Below are positions 55,899 through 64,000 of a stretch of DNA of 64,000 nucleotides, one piece after another. The notes under the pieces are model-generated. The model saw only the letters and a list, made by a program, of their open reading frames with translations, was not told where the DNA came from and searched no databases. This DNA is from an uncultured virus (IMG/VR IMGVR_UViG_3300023174_000160). Its lineage: Duplodnaviria > Heunggongvirae > Uroviricota > Caudoviricetes. The stretch is from the IMG/VR virus record IMGVR_UViG_3300023174_000160; one strand, 5' to 3'. Within the stretch, counting starts at the first letter, position 1. The number at the start of each line of letters is the position of its first letter. A program made the position numbers and the translations under genes.

Positions 55899-56783
55899 TT
55901 AAGCGGGCATGTACTTGTTAGGATTAATTTGACGACCTTGTTTTGTCGTTCCCGTACGTGCCTTGCGAACTTTATCCATCATAGAGTAGAGTCGTTGGGC
56001 GCCAGCTTTAGTTGAGCCATTACCCAAATGCGATACCACATCGGCCGGTATTACGAACTCACCATCCGCCAAACGTGCGGGCTGTTTATTAGCAATAGTG
56101 GCAGGAATTGAATCGCTCATACCGTCACCGGGGCCATCCAAATAACCGCCCTTGGCATAAGTATCCATAGGTTCATCATACGCCGGAAGCTTAGTACGTG
56201 CATCAAAAGCACCGCCACCAGCCATGCCCAAATCAGTAATGCCACCTTCAGCATACCCACGAACCCGGCGGCGCAAATCTTCTACAGATTCAGACGGCCC
56301 ACTCCAATAGCTTTCTTGTGTGGGAGCAACCGCTAGGTTAGTAGGAGACATAGCACCCACAAGAGCACCAGCGGCGGGCATACCCAAAGACGAAAGGGCG
56401 GAATTACCAGTAGCTGTTTTAAACGCGGCCGCCCCACCTTCTTTGGTTAAACCTTCTACACCAGCACCTAATTTGTCGTACAAAGACGGAGAAAACGTAC
56501 CAGCAGCATCAACAGCGTTTGATGCCCCACCAAATATATCCCCCGCAGCGCCAGAAGCAAGCTGCTGATTACCAAATTTAGCCAAGTCCCCGACACCACT
56601 CGCGCCACCATATCCACCCAGTGCATCTAAACCAATACTAATAGGGTCTTTACCTTGGATAAGGCTAGTAAGCCCAGCTACGCCGGCGCCCAATTGTCCA
56701 GTAGACAAGCCTAAAACAGTGCCACCTATTGCGCCTTCTATCATTGGGGCACTCAACATTCCGACAAGGGGGGCAAGGGCCAT
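55899..56783 (-). CDS. Putative internal virion protein
   Basis: Gly-zipper N-half; GPGDGMSDSIPA...LADGEFV domain. Confidence 0.7.
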   Translation of the reverse strand: MALAPLVGMLSAPMIEGAIGGTVLGLSTGQLGAGVAGLTSLIQGKDPISIGLDALGGYGGASGVGDLAKFGNQQLASGAAGDIFGGASNAVDAAGTFSPSLYDKLGAGVEGLTKEGGAAAFKTATGNSALSSLGMPAAGALVGAMSPTNLAVAPTQESYWSGPSESVEDLRRRVRGYAEGGITDLGMAGGGAFDARTKLPAYDEPMDTYAKGGYLDGPGDGMSDSIPATIANKQPARLADGEFVIPADVVSHLGNGSTKAGAQRLYSMMDKVRKARTGTTKQGRQINPNKYMPA

Positions 56784-56800
56784 CTTAAATCCTTTAATTC

Positions 56801-57097
56801 TTATGTATTAACTACAACCGTTCCAACACTAGCAGTTGCAGCAAAGCTAGGTGCGTATACTAAATCGGCTAAAACTATTTTTAGAATATCTCCGTCCCGA
56901 TACACACTACCCACAGGCAAATTATACCCGCTAGTAGGTACGTTTGTTAACACAATGCTTTCAACTTGTATAGGGGTAGTTGAGTCAAGCCGGTCAAAAT
57001 ACAAACGCAAGGCACGGTTAAGTTGTTGCTGCTGTCCTTCGTTATATTCGCGGCTGGGAATCGGAAGCGCCGGGGCTTTGAATCGAATCATCCCCAT
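56801..57097 (-). CDS. Small tail protein
   Basis: PALP-P--EY...LRLYF; position after the tail hub gene. Confidence 0.6.
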   Translation of the reverse strand: MGMIRFKAPALPIPSREYNEGQQQQLNRALRLYFDRLDSTTPIQVESIVLTNVPTSGYNLPVGSVYRDGDILKIVLADLVYAPSFAATASVGTVVVNT

Positions 57098-57099
57098 GC

Positions 57100-58656
57100 T
57101 TAACCCCGGTGTCCGTCAGGCTTAGCATCAATACGCGGCATACCTAACTGCCACTGCACGCCTAATCCAGTAGATGCAATCTTGAAACTAATCTGCCGGC
57201 CGCGGGCGCGAATAAATACTTGCTCTGTATATTGGTCTACCGGAACGGTGGCGGTGCGTACTACGCTCTTTGTGAGACCCGTGTTTTCTGCATTATTGGT
57301 TTGATACGCAGCGCCGGGGAAATTCCTAGGACTTATCGTAAGGTCAACCGTTGGATTAGCTGCGGTAGAGTTGGTGAAGTTAATGTCCGGGACAACGCGG
57401 CGAATAAGCATAAACTTGTCACCGTCTTCGATATCAATATCTCCAGACGAAATAAAGGACTGCATTGGCAGAATATCATCATTAACCCCGCGCTCGTGGT
57501 CGTACAAGTAACCGTTTGGTTTAGCCGCCTGCGGGAATTCGCGCAGCGGGGAATCGCTCCATGCCGTCCGGTCTATCTGACCGTAGTACCAAATTTGTTC
57601 TACATGGTTATAAATTACGTAACGGTTAATTTCATTCGAGTTGGCGCTAGGATAGAACCAAACAACTTCGTTAAACTGTTCGTTTGTACCGCTAATTATT
57701 TGCACCTCGGCGCCGCGGTTAATGTCTTGGAATATGTATTGGCGAAGCGTGCAGGGGAGCGTATCAACTCGGCCGTTGTACATATAGAACTTGTCGATGC
57801 CCATCCAGAACGTAACGTTGTTCACCGTAACCGGCGACGCCGGCGACATAATAGAAATAGTATCCGCAAGTTCCTGCACGCCAAATACTTCTTGGTTTCC
57901 TAAGAACTGCAGGGAATACAGGGTGGTATCAGTGAACACCAGAATTTCTTGGCGGGTGCGGAGCGCGCGTACAATCTCAGACCCGTTGGTTACACGAAGG
58001 AACCCTGCGCTGTTGGTTTGTGTAGGCGTGAAGTTCCACGGCTCGTCTTGGTTAGACCAGCGGATAAGTAGTGGGTCGTATGTATTCGTCAGGTAGTTGG
58101 TACCGCCAAACGCCAGCAAATGTCTATCTTGTTGTGAAAACAAAATACTGCCAACTAATTGGGGAACGTCCGAAGCCCCCGGTAACGATGCAAGCCGCAC
58201 AGCTCTGTTACTAAACGTACTATCGTAAATCCAGTAGTATATGTCCGCGTTGCGGATACAGAAGATTAGGTCGTCGTTGTACCGGTCTTGCGAATACAGT
58301 CTGGGCGGGATAAAGATAGGCACCGTGGCCGAAGAACCCCAACCACTTCTACCCCAAGGCCCAGCACCCCAGCCATAGCCGAATGTAGATAGCTCTGCGC
58401 CCGAATGAATATCAAACGTAGCTGTTATTACGCCGTTGTATGTTGCAGAGGATGTGGCCGCCGTGGTGGTAGTAATCTTAAACGTGTTCAGCGTGGCGTT
58501 AGAGATGAGATGGTCGCCGTTGAGTTCCGACGCCGGGATGCCGCCCACTGCAGAAGTGATACCCGCAAAAAGAACGTAGTCGCCGTTAAGCGCACCATTG
58601 TTTGGAATGGTTACAAGAACTTCGTTTGAGTTGAGGGTTGTAGTAAGAACGCTCAT
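57100..58656 (-). CDS. Tail hub/stabilisation protein, C-terminal part
   Basis: IRWSNQ, WFYPS, WYYG---RTAW, R-RGRQ; beta-propeller-like. Confidence 0.75.
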   Translation of the reverse strand: MSVLTTTLNSNEVLVTIPNNGALNGDYVLFAGITSAVGGIPASELNGDHLISNATLNTFKITTTTAATSSATYNGVITATFDIHSGAELSTFGYGWGAGPWGRSGWGSSATVPIFIPPRLYSQDRYNDDLIFCIRNADIYYWIYDSTFSNRAVRLASLPGASDVPQLVGSILFSQQDRHLLAFGGTNYLTNTYDPLLIRWSNQDEPWNFTPTQTNSAGFLRVTNGSEIVRALRTRQEILVFTDTTLYSLQFLGNQEVFGVQELADTISIMSPASPVTVNNVTFWMGIDKFYMYNGRVDTLPCTLRQYIFQDINRGAEVQIISGTNEQFNEVVWFYPSANSNEINRYVIYNHVEQIWYYGQIDRTAWSDSPLREFPQAAKPNGYLYDHERGVNDDILPMQSFISSGDIDIEDGDKFMLIRRVVPDINFTNSTAANPTVDLTISPRNFPGAAYQTNNAENTGLTKSVVRTATVPVDQYTEQVFIRARGRQISFKIASTGLGVQWQLGMPRIDAKPDGHRG

Positions 58657-59186
58657 GATATAGTTACCGTGACCGTGCCGGTTGCGGCAGTTGCAGAAAC
58701 ACTAAATACCGGGATGCCTTCAATAGCTTGCACGGTGCCAACTGAACCGGTACTGGAGACTCCAGAAATTATTAGGGGTATTTGCACAGTACCAACGCGT
58801 CCAGTCGCAGTTACGCCGTAAACAGGGATGCCCGGAATTACCTGCACGGTGCCAACTGAGCCGGTACCGGAGACGCCTGATATGCCGCTATTAGTAAATA
58901 CCAAACGCACGGGGGTGATATCAAACAAGTTGCCCGCAACGTCAACGTATACTTTTTTGTTTGTAGCAACACCCATAAGGTTGTTGCCGTCGGAAGTTAC
59001 CCATACGAATAGAGACCGGCACACGCCGACAAACTGGGTATACGAATACTTTAGCCAGCCGCCTAGTTTCTCTGGGAACCCAGAACGAAACCTGATTTTG
59101 TCACACTCGTACCAGCCCCCTTCAGACGCATAATTTGTCTGGTCGCGGTTAATACCCGGCTTAAATACGAGCTTCGATAACGGCAT
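58653..59186 (-). CDS. Tail hub/stabilisation protein, N-terminal part plus repeats
   Basis: FKPGINR...RFR-G-PEKLGGW followed by GVSxTGSVGTV repeats. Confidence 0.7.
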   Translation of the reverse strand: MPLSKLVFKPGINRDQTNYASEGGWYECDKIRFRSGFPEKLGGWLKYSYTQFVGVCRSLFVWVTSDGNNLMGVATNKKVYVDVAGNLFDITPVRLVFTNSGISGVSGTGSVGTVQVIPGIPVYGVTATGRVGTVQIPLIISGVSSTGSVGTVQAIEGIPVFSVSATAATGTVTVTIS

Positions 59187-59194
59187 CGCACATC

Positions 59195-59638
59195 CTAAGA
59201 CATATATAGCGCCGCTTCATCTTTGCGCCTTTTTACTAATCCCGGCAATACTTTACCACCGGCTTTGCAATATTTCATCAAAGATGATACAGCACCCTCT
59301 TTATCACCTCTATTGGTTTTCATTCTCACAGAACTTCGCTGTAAACAGCCTAGCCCCAGATTGAATGAAAATGAAACAAGTGCGTCAAATTGGCCTTGAG
59401 TAAGAGGAACAGGGCACAGTCTAGAAACACCACGCTCAAACCTATCAAGGTCGGCCGCAAGAATCGCATCGACTTCCTCCCGTGTGAAAGTTCTATTCCA
59501 CTCCGGCGGCAAAGACTTACCATCGCCGATTAGATGTCCCACGCCCACCGTCCACAATCCAGCAGGACACTTGTACGGGCGCAGCCTCACACCCTCATGG
59601 TGTGCAATCAATGCCCTGCCCTTGGCAGAGATTTTCAT
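59195..59638 (-). CDS. Endolysin, GH24 lysozyme
   Basis: HEGVRL-PY-CPAG-WTVG-GH, QFDALVSF-FN-G, GLVKRR. Confidence 0.92.
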   Translation of the reverse strand: MKISAKGRALIAHHEGVRLRPYKCPAGLWTVGVGHLIGDGKSLPPEWNRTFTREEVDAILAADLDRFERGVSRLCPVPLTQGQFDALVSFSFNLGLGCLQRSSVRMKTNRGDKEGAVSSLMKYCKAGGKVLPGLVKRRKDEAALYMS

Positions 59639-60120
59639 TTTTTACCGAACGCTTGGGACCCGAACCAAAAGGAAATGATAGACGCCCAGATTGCTTGGGT
59701 TTCATCGTCCCATACGGTGTCCATCATGACTTTGAAGTCCGCGCCGTGCGCCCATGCGTAGGCAATACCAGCGATATCAACGATTACCAGAAGCGCAAAA
59801 AGACCGAACGTAATTGTTGGCCGCACCATTGCACGCATGTTGATAACCCACTGAGCTGCACCCTTGCCAATCTCAATGTCGTGCTGATAAAGGCTTTGAC
59901 GTTCTGCATAGAATCCCTCTACCTGAGTCTGCTCCAGCTTGATTTCTTCTGCCTTCTCTTGGGCTTGGTAGCCAATCTCTGCTAGGTTCAGTTCCCGCTC
60001 GGTCTGCATGCGCGCAAGCTCAAGCTCATGCTTCTTGTCCGACTTGTCTTGGAAGAAATCAATAATCTTCGGCAGGCCAGAGGACAGGAAACCAATAAGG
60101 GTAGAGAGCAGAGTAAGCAT
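59635..60120 (-). CDS. Holin-like membrane protein (GTA 3TM type)
   Basis: VRPTIT, FWFGS; adjacent to the lysozyme. Confidence 0.7.
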   Translation of the reverse strand: MLTLLSTLIGFLSSGLPKIIDFFQDKSDKKHELELARMQTERELNLAEIGYQAQEKAEEIKLEQTQVEGFYAERQSLYQHDIEIGKGAAQWVINMRAMVRPTITFGLFALLVIVDIAGIAYAWAHGADFKVMMDTVWDDETQAIWASIISFWFGSQAFGKK

Positions 60121-60130
60121 TTTTATCCCT

Positions 60131-60448
60131 TTAGGTCAGGCCCAAGACCTTCAGAACGACCATACCGAAAGCACCGGCAGCGGCCCATGTTGCACCGAAA
60201 ACCCAACTTACCGCCAGACTTTGGCGGCGGTCATCTTTTTCAAGCTCGTTAATGCGCTCGCCGTGGTTGTCCAGCAACTTGAAGATACGACCCTGAGTCT
60301 CCGACATCTTTTCCTGACGCTCATCAATGATTGCAAGTTTAGTCAGTGCATTAGCAATGTCCCGCATCACCACTTTCATCTCAGACATGTCTTCGTGCAG
60401 AGATTGGACTTTGTTGGTCAGCAGGGCGATTTCGGTTTCTTGGCTCAT
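60131..60448 (-). CDS. Coiled-coil protein with C-terminal TM helix
   Basis: Heptads then hydrophobic tail. Confidence 0.65.
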   Translation of the reverse strand: MSQETEIALLTNKVQSLHEDMSEMKVVMRDIANALTKLAIIDERQEKMSETQGRIFKLLDNHGERINELEKDDRRQSLAVSWVFGATWAAAGAFGMVVLKVLGLT

Positions 60449-60600
60449 GGCTTCTTCTCGTTGAACAGCTCAAACAGGGTCCTAACTTTCTCTTTCAACT
60501 GCTCAATGTCTGAATGTGACTTTGCTAGCCAGAACACCAATGCCGTGAAACCAACCGCAATCGGCCACAGAGTATTGATGACGGCTAGCAAGTCTTCCAT
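60445..60600 (-). CDS. 51-aa membrane protein (not in ORF track)
   Basis: MEDLLAVINTLWPIAVGFTALVFWLAK...LKEKV; ATGA-coupled. Confidence 0.7.
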   Translation of the reverse strand: MEDLLAVINTLWPIAVGFTALVFWLAKSHSDIEQLKEKVRTLFELFNEKKP

Positions 60601-60605
60601 GATTT

Positions 60606-60839
60606 TTATGGATTATTAATTGTTGCGGTTGATGTTTCTCGGTCCAACTTTAAAACGCCATAACAGCAGACGTTCCAATCTTCACTATTTTCTTCTTTTT
60701 CGCTAAACGAATCTACGTTCAACTTGAAGTTTTTGACCAAGTATTCTTTGTCACCTTCAAAGACACGCCATACATGGTCCATCGTTCCACGCCCTTCTTG
60801 ACCTCTGCTTTTGTTAAAGCGGATGCGGTACTTGTTCAT
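60606..60839 (-). CDS. Hypothetical protein
   Basis: GGAG RBS; IRFNKSRG..GRGT..HVWRVFE. Confidence 0.65.
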   Translation of the reverse strand: MNKYRIRFNKSRGQEGRGTMDHVWRVFEGDKEYLVKNFKLNVDSFSEKEENSEDWNVCCYGVLKLDRETSTATINNP

Positions 60840-61546
60840 ATAATCTCCGCTGCGGGCGGAACAAAACATGTCTGCGGCGCCATTTGAACGTTTAGATTGA
60901 AGTGAACAAATTTAATAGGTTTATCAGAAGCGTGACGAGTAAATGAATGTGCAAGCCAAGCATTTGCAAAGATAAACAAGCCCGGCTTGGGTTCAAAGTT
61001 AATCATCTTGCTTGCCACAGTTGCTAGATTCGGGTCGTGTTCGGGCAAATCAATCATAGACTTACCCATACGCGGGTCATGAAATACTACGCGCGATGAA
61101 TTTTCCGGTGCTTCTAGAAAATAAAAACCAACAATCTGCGAACCATACCCGTGGGTGTGCTGCTCCATAGAAGATTGCTTGTGATGCTCTTGAGTCCACA
61201 TTTCTGTAAATTGCACCACCTTGTCTTGCATAAAATAACCCTGTTCATTAAGGATATTCCACGCGGTAGCACCAACAAACTCAGTAAAGTCAGCAACCCT
61301 AGGGTCGGCAAAATAATTACCACTCATCATTACAGGATAGATTTCATCAATCTTTTGCTCTTTGTGCTGCTGAGCTAAAAATTCTTCAGAAACCTCATTA
61401 ACCTTTGCCAAAAAGTCAGGACGCTCAATCAGGTAGATTGGGCAAGGAAAATGATAGGCCACTTGCAGTTGGGTGTTTTGAACCACCTCCTTAACCTGCT
61501 CCGCGGCCTTGCATTCTTTTTGAGCCTTCTTGGCTACTTTGGTCAT
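60836..61546 (-). CDS. 2OG-Fe(II) oxygenase (TIGR02466-like)
   Basis: HxH (HTH), FHDPR, F--WL-H. Confidence 0.8.
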   Translation of the reverse strand: MTKVAKKAQKECKAAEQVKEVVQNTQLQVAYHFPCPIYLIERPDFLAKVNEVSEEFLAQQHKEQKIDEIYPVMMSGNYFADPRVADFTEFVGATAWNILNEQGYFMQDKVVQFTEMWTQEHHKQSSMEQHTHGYGSQIVGFYFLEAPENSSRVVFHDPRMGKSMIDLPEHDPNLATVASKMINFEPKPGLFIFANAWLAHSFTRHASDKPIKFVHFNLNVQMAPQTCFVPPAAEII

Positions 61547-62031
61547 GCCGCTACCCACGCCCATGCAAGGAAGTCAAACTTGTAATTGCCTTCGGGGCGA
61601 ACCGGGGTGTCTTTCCAGTTGTTGTCAGCACCGCACCAGAAAGGCATGATGCCTTGGCTGACTTTGGCTTCGTCAACTTCCGGGCGGGCAACGGGCGGCA
61701 CCATAGCGCAGGTTGCTTCATCAAATGTCCAAGCAGCCCAGTTTTCGACTTGTTCACGAGCGTTAAATGCATCACGAACAGATTGCTGAAGCGCGGTCTT
61801 TTCTTCTTGGGTCATCGGGCGCACCATCCAGACATCCGTCCAAGTGCCGTTTACTTTTTCATAGGCCGGCTCATTGGATTCCAGCACATCATAAACACCC
61901 GGAGTGGGGCGCTCAACGCGAATGAACGGCTCCCAATGTGCAGGGATTGAACCAAACGCTTGTAAGAGGTTGTCCTCAAAAGCGGGATGATTTTTGATTT
62001 GACCGTTTTCGGTTTCAATAAACAGATTCAT
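61543..62031 (-). CDS. Fibre-associated hypothetical protein
   Basis: W-FDE-TC...PPV-RP, W...W motifs. Confidence 0.65.
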   Translation of the reverse strand: MNLFIETENGQIKNHPAFEDNLLQAFGSIPAHWEPFIRVERPTPGVYDVLESNEPAYEKVNGTWTDVWMVRPMTQEEKTALQQSVRDAFNAREQVENWAAWTFDEATCAMVPPVARPEVDEAKVSQGIMPFWCGADNNWKDTPVRPEGNYKFDFLAWAWVAA

Positions 62032-62043
62032 CACTTCTCCTAA

Positions 62044-63003
62044 TTAAAGATTGCCAGTGTTTGTTGAGGGGAACGAACGTGTGTTACCCGGCCAAATAAT
62101 GCGGACTGCGCCGCCGGAACCATTACCAGCAGACACGCCAAGAGCTTTACTCCTGCCACCACCAGCACCACCATATGCCCCGCCAGCCGCACCGTTTCCA
62201 CAAATACCAACAGCGGTGCTTCCATTGCTTCCACTACTCCCACCGCCGCCACCGCCGCCCTGTCCGGTACCCGTGCCACTTCCACCAGAGCCAGACAATC
62301 CGCCTGAACCATTAGAGCCTTGACCAAGAAGACCAACACCACCGCCACCACCGCCGCCTGAATAGGCTGTTGCACCGCAAGATATACCGCCCCCACCAGC
62401 GCCACCACCACCAGCGCCGCCGGTTCCTGCATTACCATTTAATTGGCCTCTAGACCCGCCGCCACCATTACCAGCATAACCGCCAGCACCGCCGCCGCCG
62501 CCGCCCGCATTTGCTAGTTGCGGGGCGCCACAGCTTTTTATTGGCACACCACCACCGCCGCCGGACCCGCCACCGTTTCCTGTATACCCGCCCCCTGCTG
62601 GGGAACACGGTCCAGTTGTACAAGCGCCTGACCCACCTCCACCACGTACCACGGAAGTTGAGCAAAAATAACTACTCCCACCGGCTCCACCAAACGCAAC
62701 GCCAGCCGCGCCAACAACAACCGTATAAGAGTTACCGGGTGTGACCGAATATCCGTTTTTATAACCCAGTCCGCCACCGCCACCCCCTTTTCCAGAAATT
62801 GTGGTACCGCATCCGGAAAATGTATTACCGCCGCCGCCACCGCCGCCAATCGCAACGATAGAAACCGAAGTCACTCCAGTAGGAGCTACCCAAGAGTAAG
62901 TTCCAGCGGTTGTATAAGCCTGCTGGCCCGGAGGTACAGCCACTACTCCCCCAAACCCAAACCCACTAGCTGATGCTGCTCCACGAGTACCGAGTAACGG
63001 CAT
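62044..63003 (-). CDS. Glycine-rich fibre-tip protein
   Basis: YTTAGTYSWVAPTGVTSVS...GGGGG...GAVRIIWPG. Confidence 0.75.
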   Translation of the reverse strand: MPLLGTRGAASASGFGFGGVVAVPPGQQAYTTAGTYSWVAPTGVTSVSIVAIGGGGGGGNTFSGCGTTISGKGGGGGGLGYKNGYSVTPGNSYTVVVGAAGVAFGGAGGSSYFCSTSVVRGGGGSGACTTGPCSPAGGGYTGNGGGSGGGGGVPIKSCGAPQLANAGGGGGGAGGYAGNGGGGSRGQLNGNAGTGGAGGGGAGGGGISCGATAYSGGGGGGGVGLLGQGSNGSGGLSGSGGSGTGTGQGGGGGGGSSGSNGSTAVGICGNGAAGGAYGGAGGGRSKALGVSAGNGSGGAVRIIWPGNTRSFPSTNTGNL

Positions 63004-63013
63004 GGCTTACTCC

Positions 63014-63481
63014 TTAGGCAAACTTGGTCTGCGAAGCAAAGATGGTGAACGCAGCGCTACCCGTCTTCACGATGGTGTACGAGTACACGTCAATGCTCGA
63101 TGCGTTACCGGCGCTGGGTGCAGTGCCACCTTGCCACTTCGGGGTGACAGAAGCGCCGTCAACCTGCACTACGTTGTTGTAGTAAGCGGTAGCACCTTGG
63201 GTAACAAGGAAAGCAACGGTAATCGACTGGCCGGTAGACATCAGAGTGTTCAATGACGTACCCGACGAGCCACGGAAGTTAGTGGTCCAGTTAGCCGAAG
63301 CGTTGCTGGTGTAGTACAGAACCGACTGGGTGCTGACATCATAGTTAATCGTGCCGGTAGCAGCAGTGGCCGAGATAGTTACGGTTTCACTTGCCGTCTG
63401 CAGGTTCTTGTTGGTCATCGTCTGCGTGTTGGTCGCAGTCGTGACGTTGTTTGGGGCGATGATGCTCGAAAGAGTTGCCAT
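63014..63481 (-). CDS. Fibre-associated protein, 155 aa
   Basis: TQTMTNK, KWQGGTAP...IDVYS; resembles the C-domain of 1193-2434. Confidence 0.7.
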   Translation of the reverse strand: MATLSSIIAPNNVTTATNTQTMTNKNLQTASETVTISATAATGTINYDVSTQSVLYYTSNASANWTTNFRGSSGTSLNTLMSTGQSITVAFLVTQGATAYYNNVVQVDGASVTPKWQGGTAPSAGNASSIDVYSYTIVKTGSAAFTIFASQTKFA

Positions 63482-63484
63482 GAT

Positions 63485-63928
63485 TTACTCCGGTTGGGTC
63501 GGCCACTGAACTTCCCACGGGAAGCCGGCCTGTGTAGGAATGTCACGAAGAGCTTGACGGTAGGTTGCCCATGCAGCCTTATTCTCCGGGCTGTCGGCGA
63601 GTTGCGTCCAGTCAGAATCAGAGAGCTTTTGGTTGCGTTGGTCACGCATGCTCTTGGCTTGCTCTGCATCCTTGGCGGCTTTGGTCTCGTCATCCATGTC
63701 AGCCACGCTGTACTTGGTGAACCACTTGCCATTAACTTCTTCCACGCCATCACGGAAAGCAGTCTGATAACGAGTCGGTTGAGCTTGCGGGCCTTCAAGG
63801 ACCACATCAAAGCCCATGTCACCAATCAGACCAACCGTCAGTTGTTCCGGGAAGGACGTGTTAGGGAAAGCAGCACGGAACTCAGATTCCGTAATCACTG
63901 CACCAGTTTCTTTGTTACGAAGTTCCAT
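63485..63928 (-). CDS. Tail fibre assembly chaperone
   Basis: RNQKL--SDWTQL-D-P...YRQALRDIP...WP. Confidence 0.85.
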   Translation of the reverse strand: MELRNKETGAVITESEFRAAFPNTSFPEQLTVGLIGDMGFDVVLEGPQAQPTRYQTAFRDGVEEVNGKWFTKYSVADMDDETKAAKDAEQAKSMRDQRNQKLSDSDWTQLADSPENKAAWATYRQALRDIPTQAGFPWEVQWPTQPE

Positions 63929-64000
63929 GTTTGCTCCTAAGCAATTGCGAGGTTATTACCGTAACTAAAACCAAACTTGTTGTGCCTTGCTCGCCATTCA

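Noticed and set aside
60836..61546. Oxygenase as a collagen prolyl-4-hydroxylase
   Set aside because: Collagen prolines here are in the X position (GPQ, GPK), not the Y position that P4H targets
1..64000. Diversity-generating retroelement, tRNAs, integrase, stop-codon recoding
   Set aside because: I saw no reverse transcriptase, adenine-variant repeat pair, cloverleaf or recombinase motif by eye, and core genes are intact in the standard code

Overview
The window looks like a near-complete ~64 kb tailed-phage genome with a podovirus-type (P22-like) virion module and two oppositely transcribed arms. The minus strand (26989->1, apparently continuing 64000->47866) carries terS/terL, portal, GroES, scaffold, a Mu-gpT-like major capsid protein, many small basic proteins, adaptors, modular fibres (coiled-coil and collagen), a 2OG-Fe(II) oxygenase, lysis genes and ejection proteins. 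The plus strand (27245-47869) carries early genes, an AAA-VWA-DUF3150 module, MazG, HTH regulators, a family A DNA polymerase, exonuclease, SNF2 helicase and primase-helicase. I saw no integrase, tRNA, CRISPR array or reverse transcriptase. The most interesting signals are non-coding or motif-level: a 17-bp palindrome TACTAA-N5-TTAGTA seen only in the early arm; a ~70-nt double-pseudoknot leader RNA downstream of the capsid gene; three fixed-geometry ~75-bp units in a putative origin; short peptide tags shared by unrelated virion proteins (VGTV, GGTF, phi-x-x-GG); and PhaR-box-like sites. All family calls come from motif recognition by eye; no searches were run.
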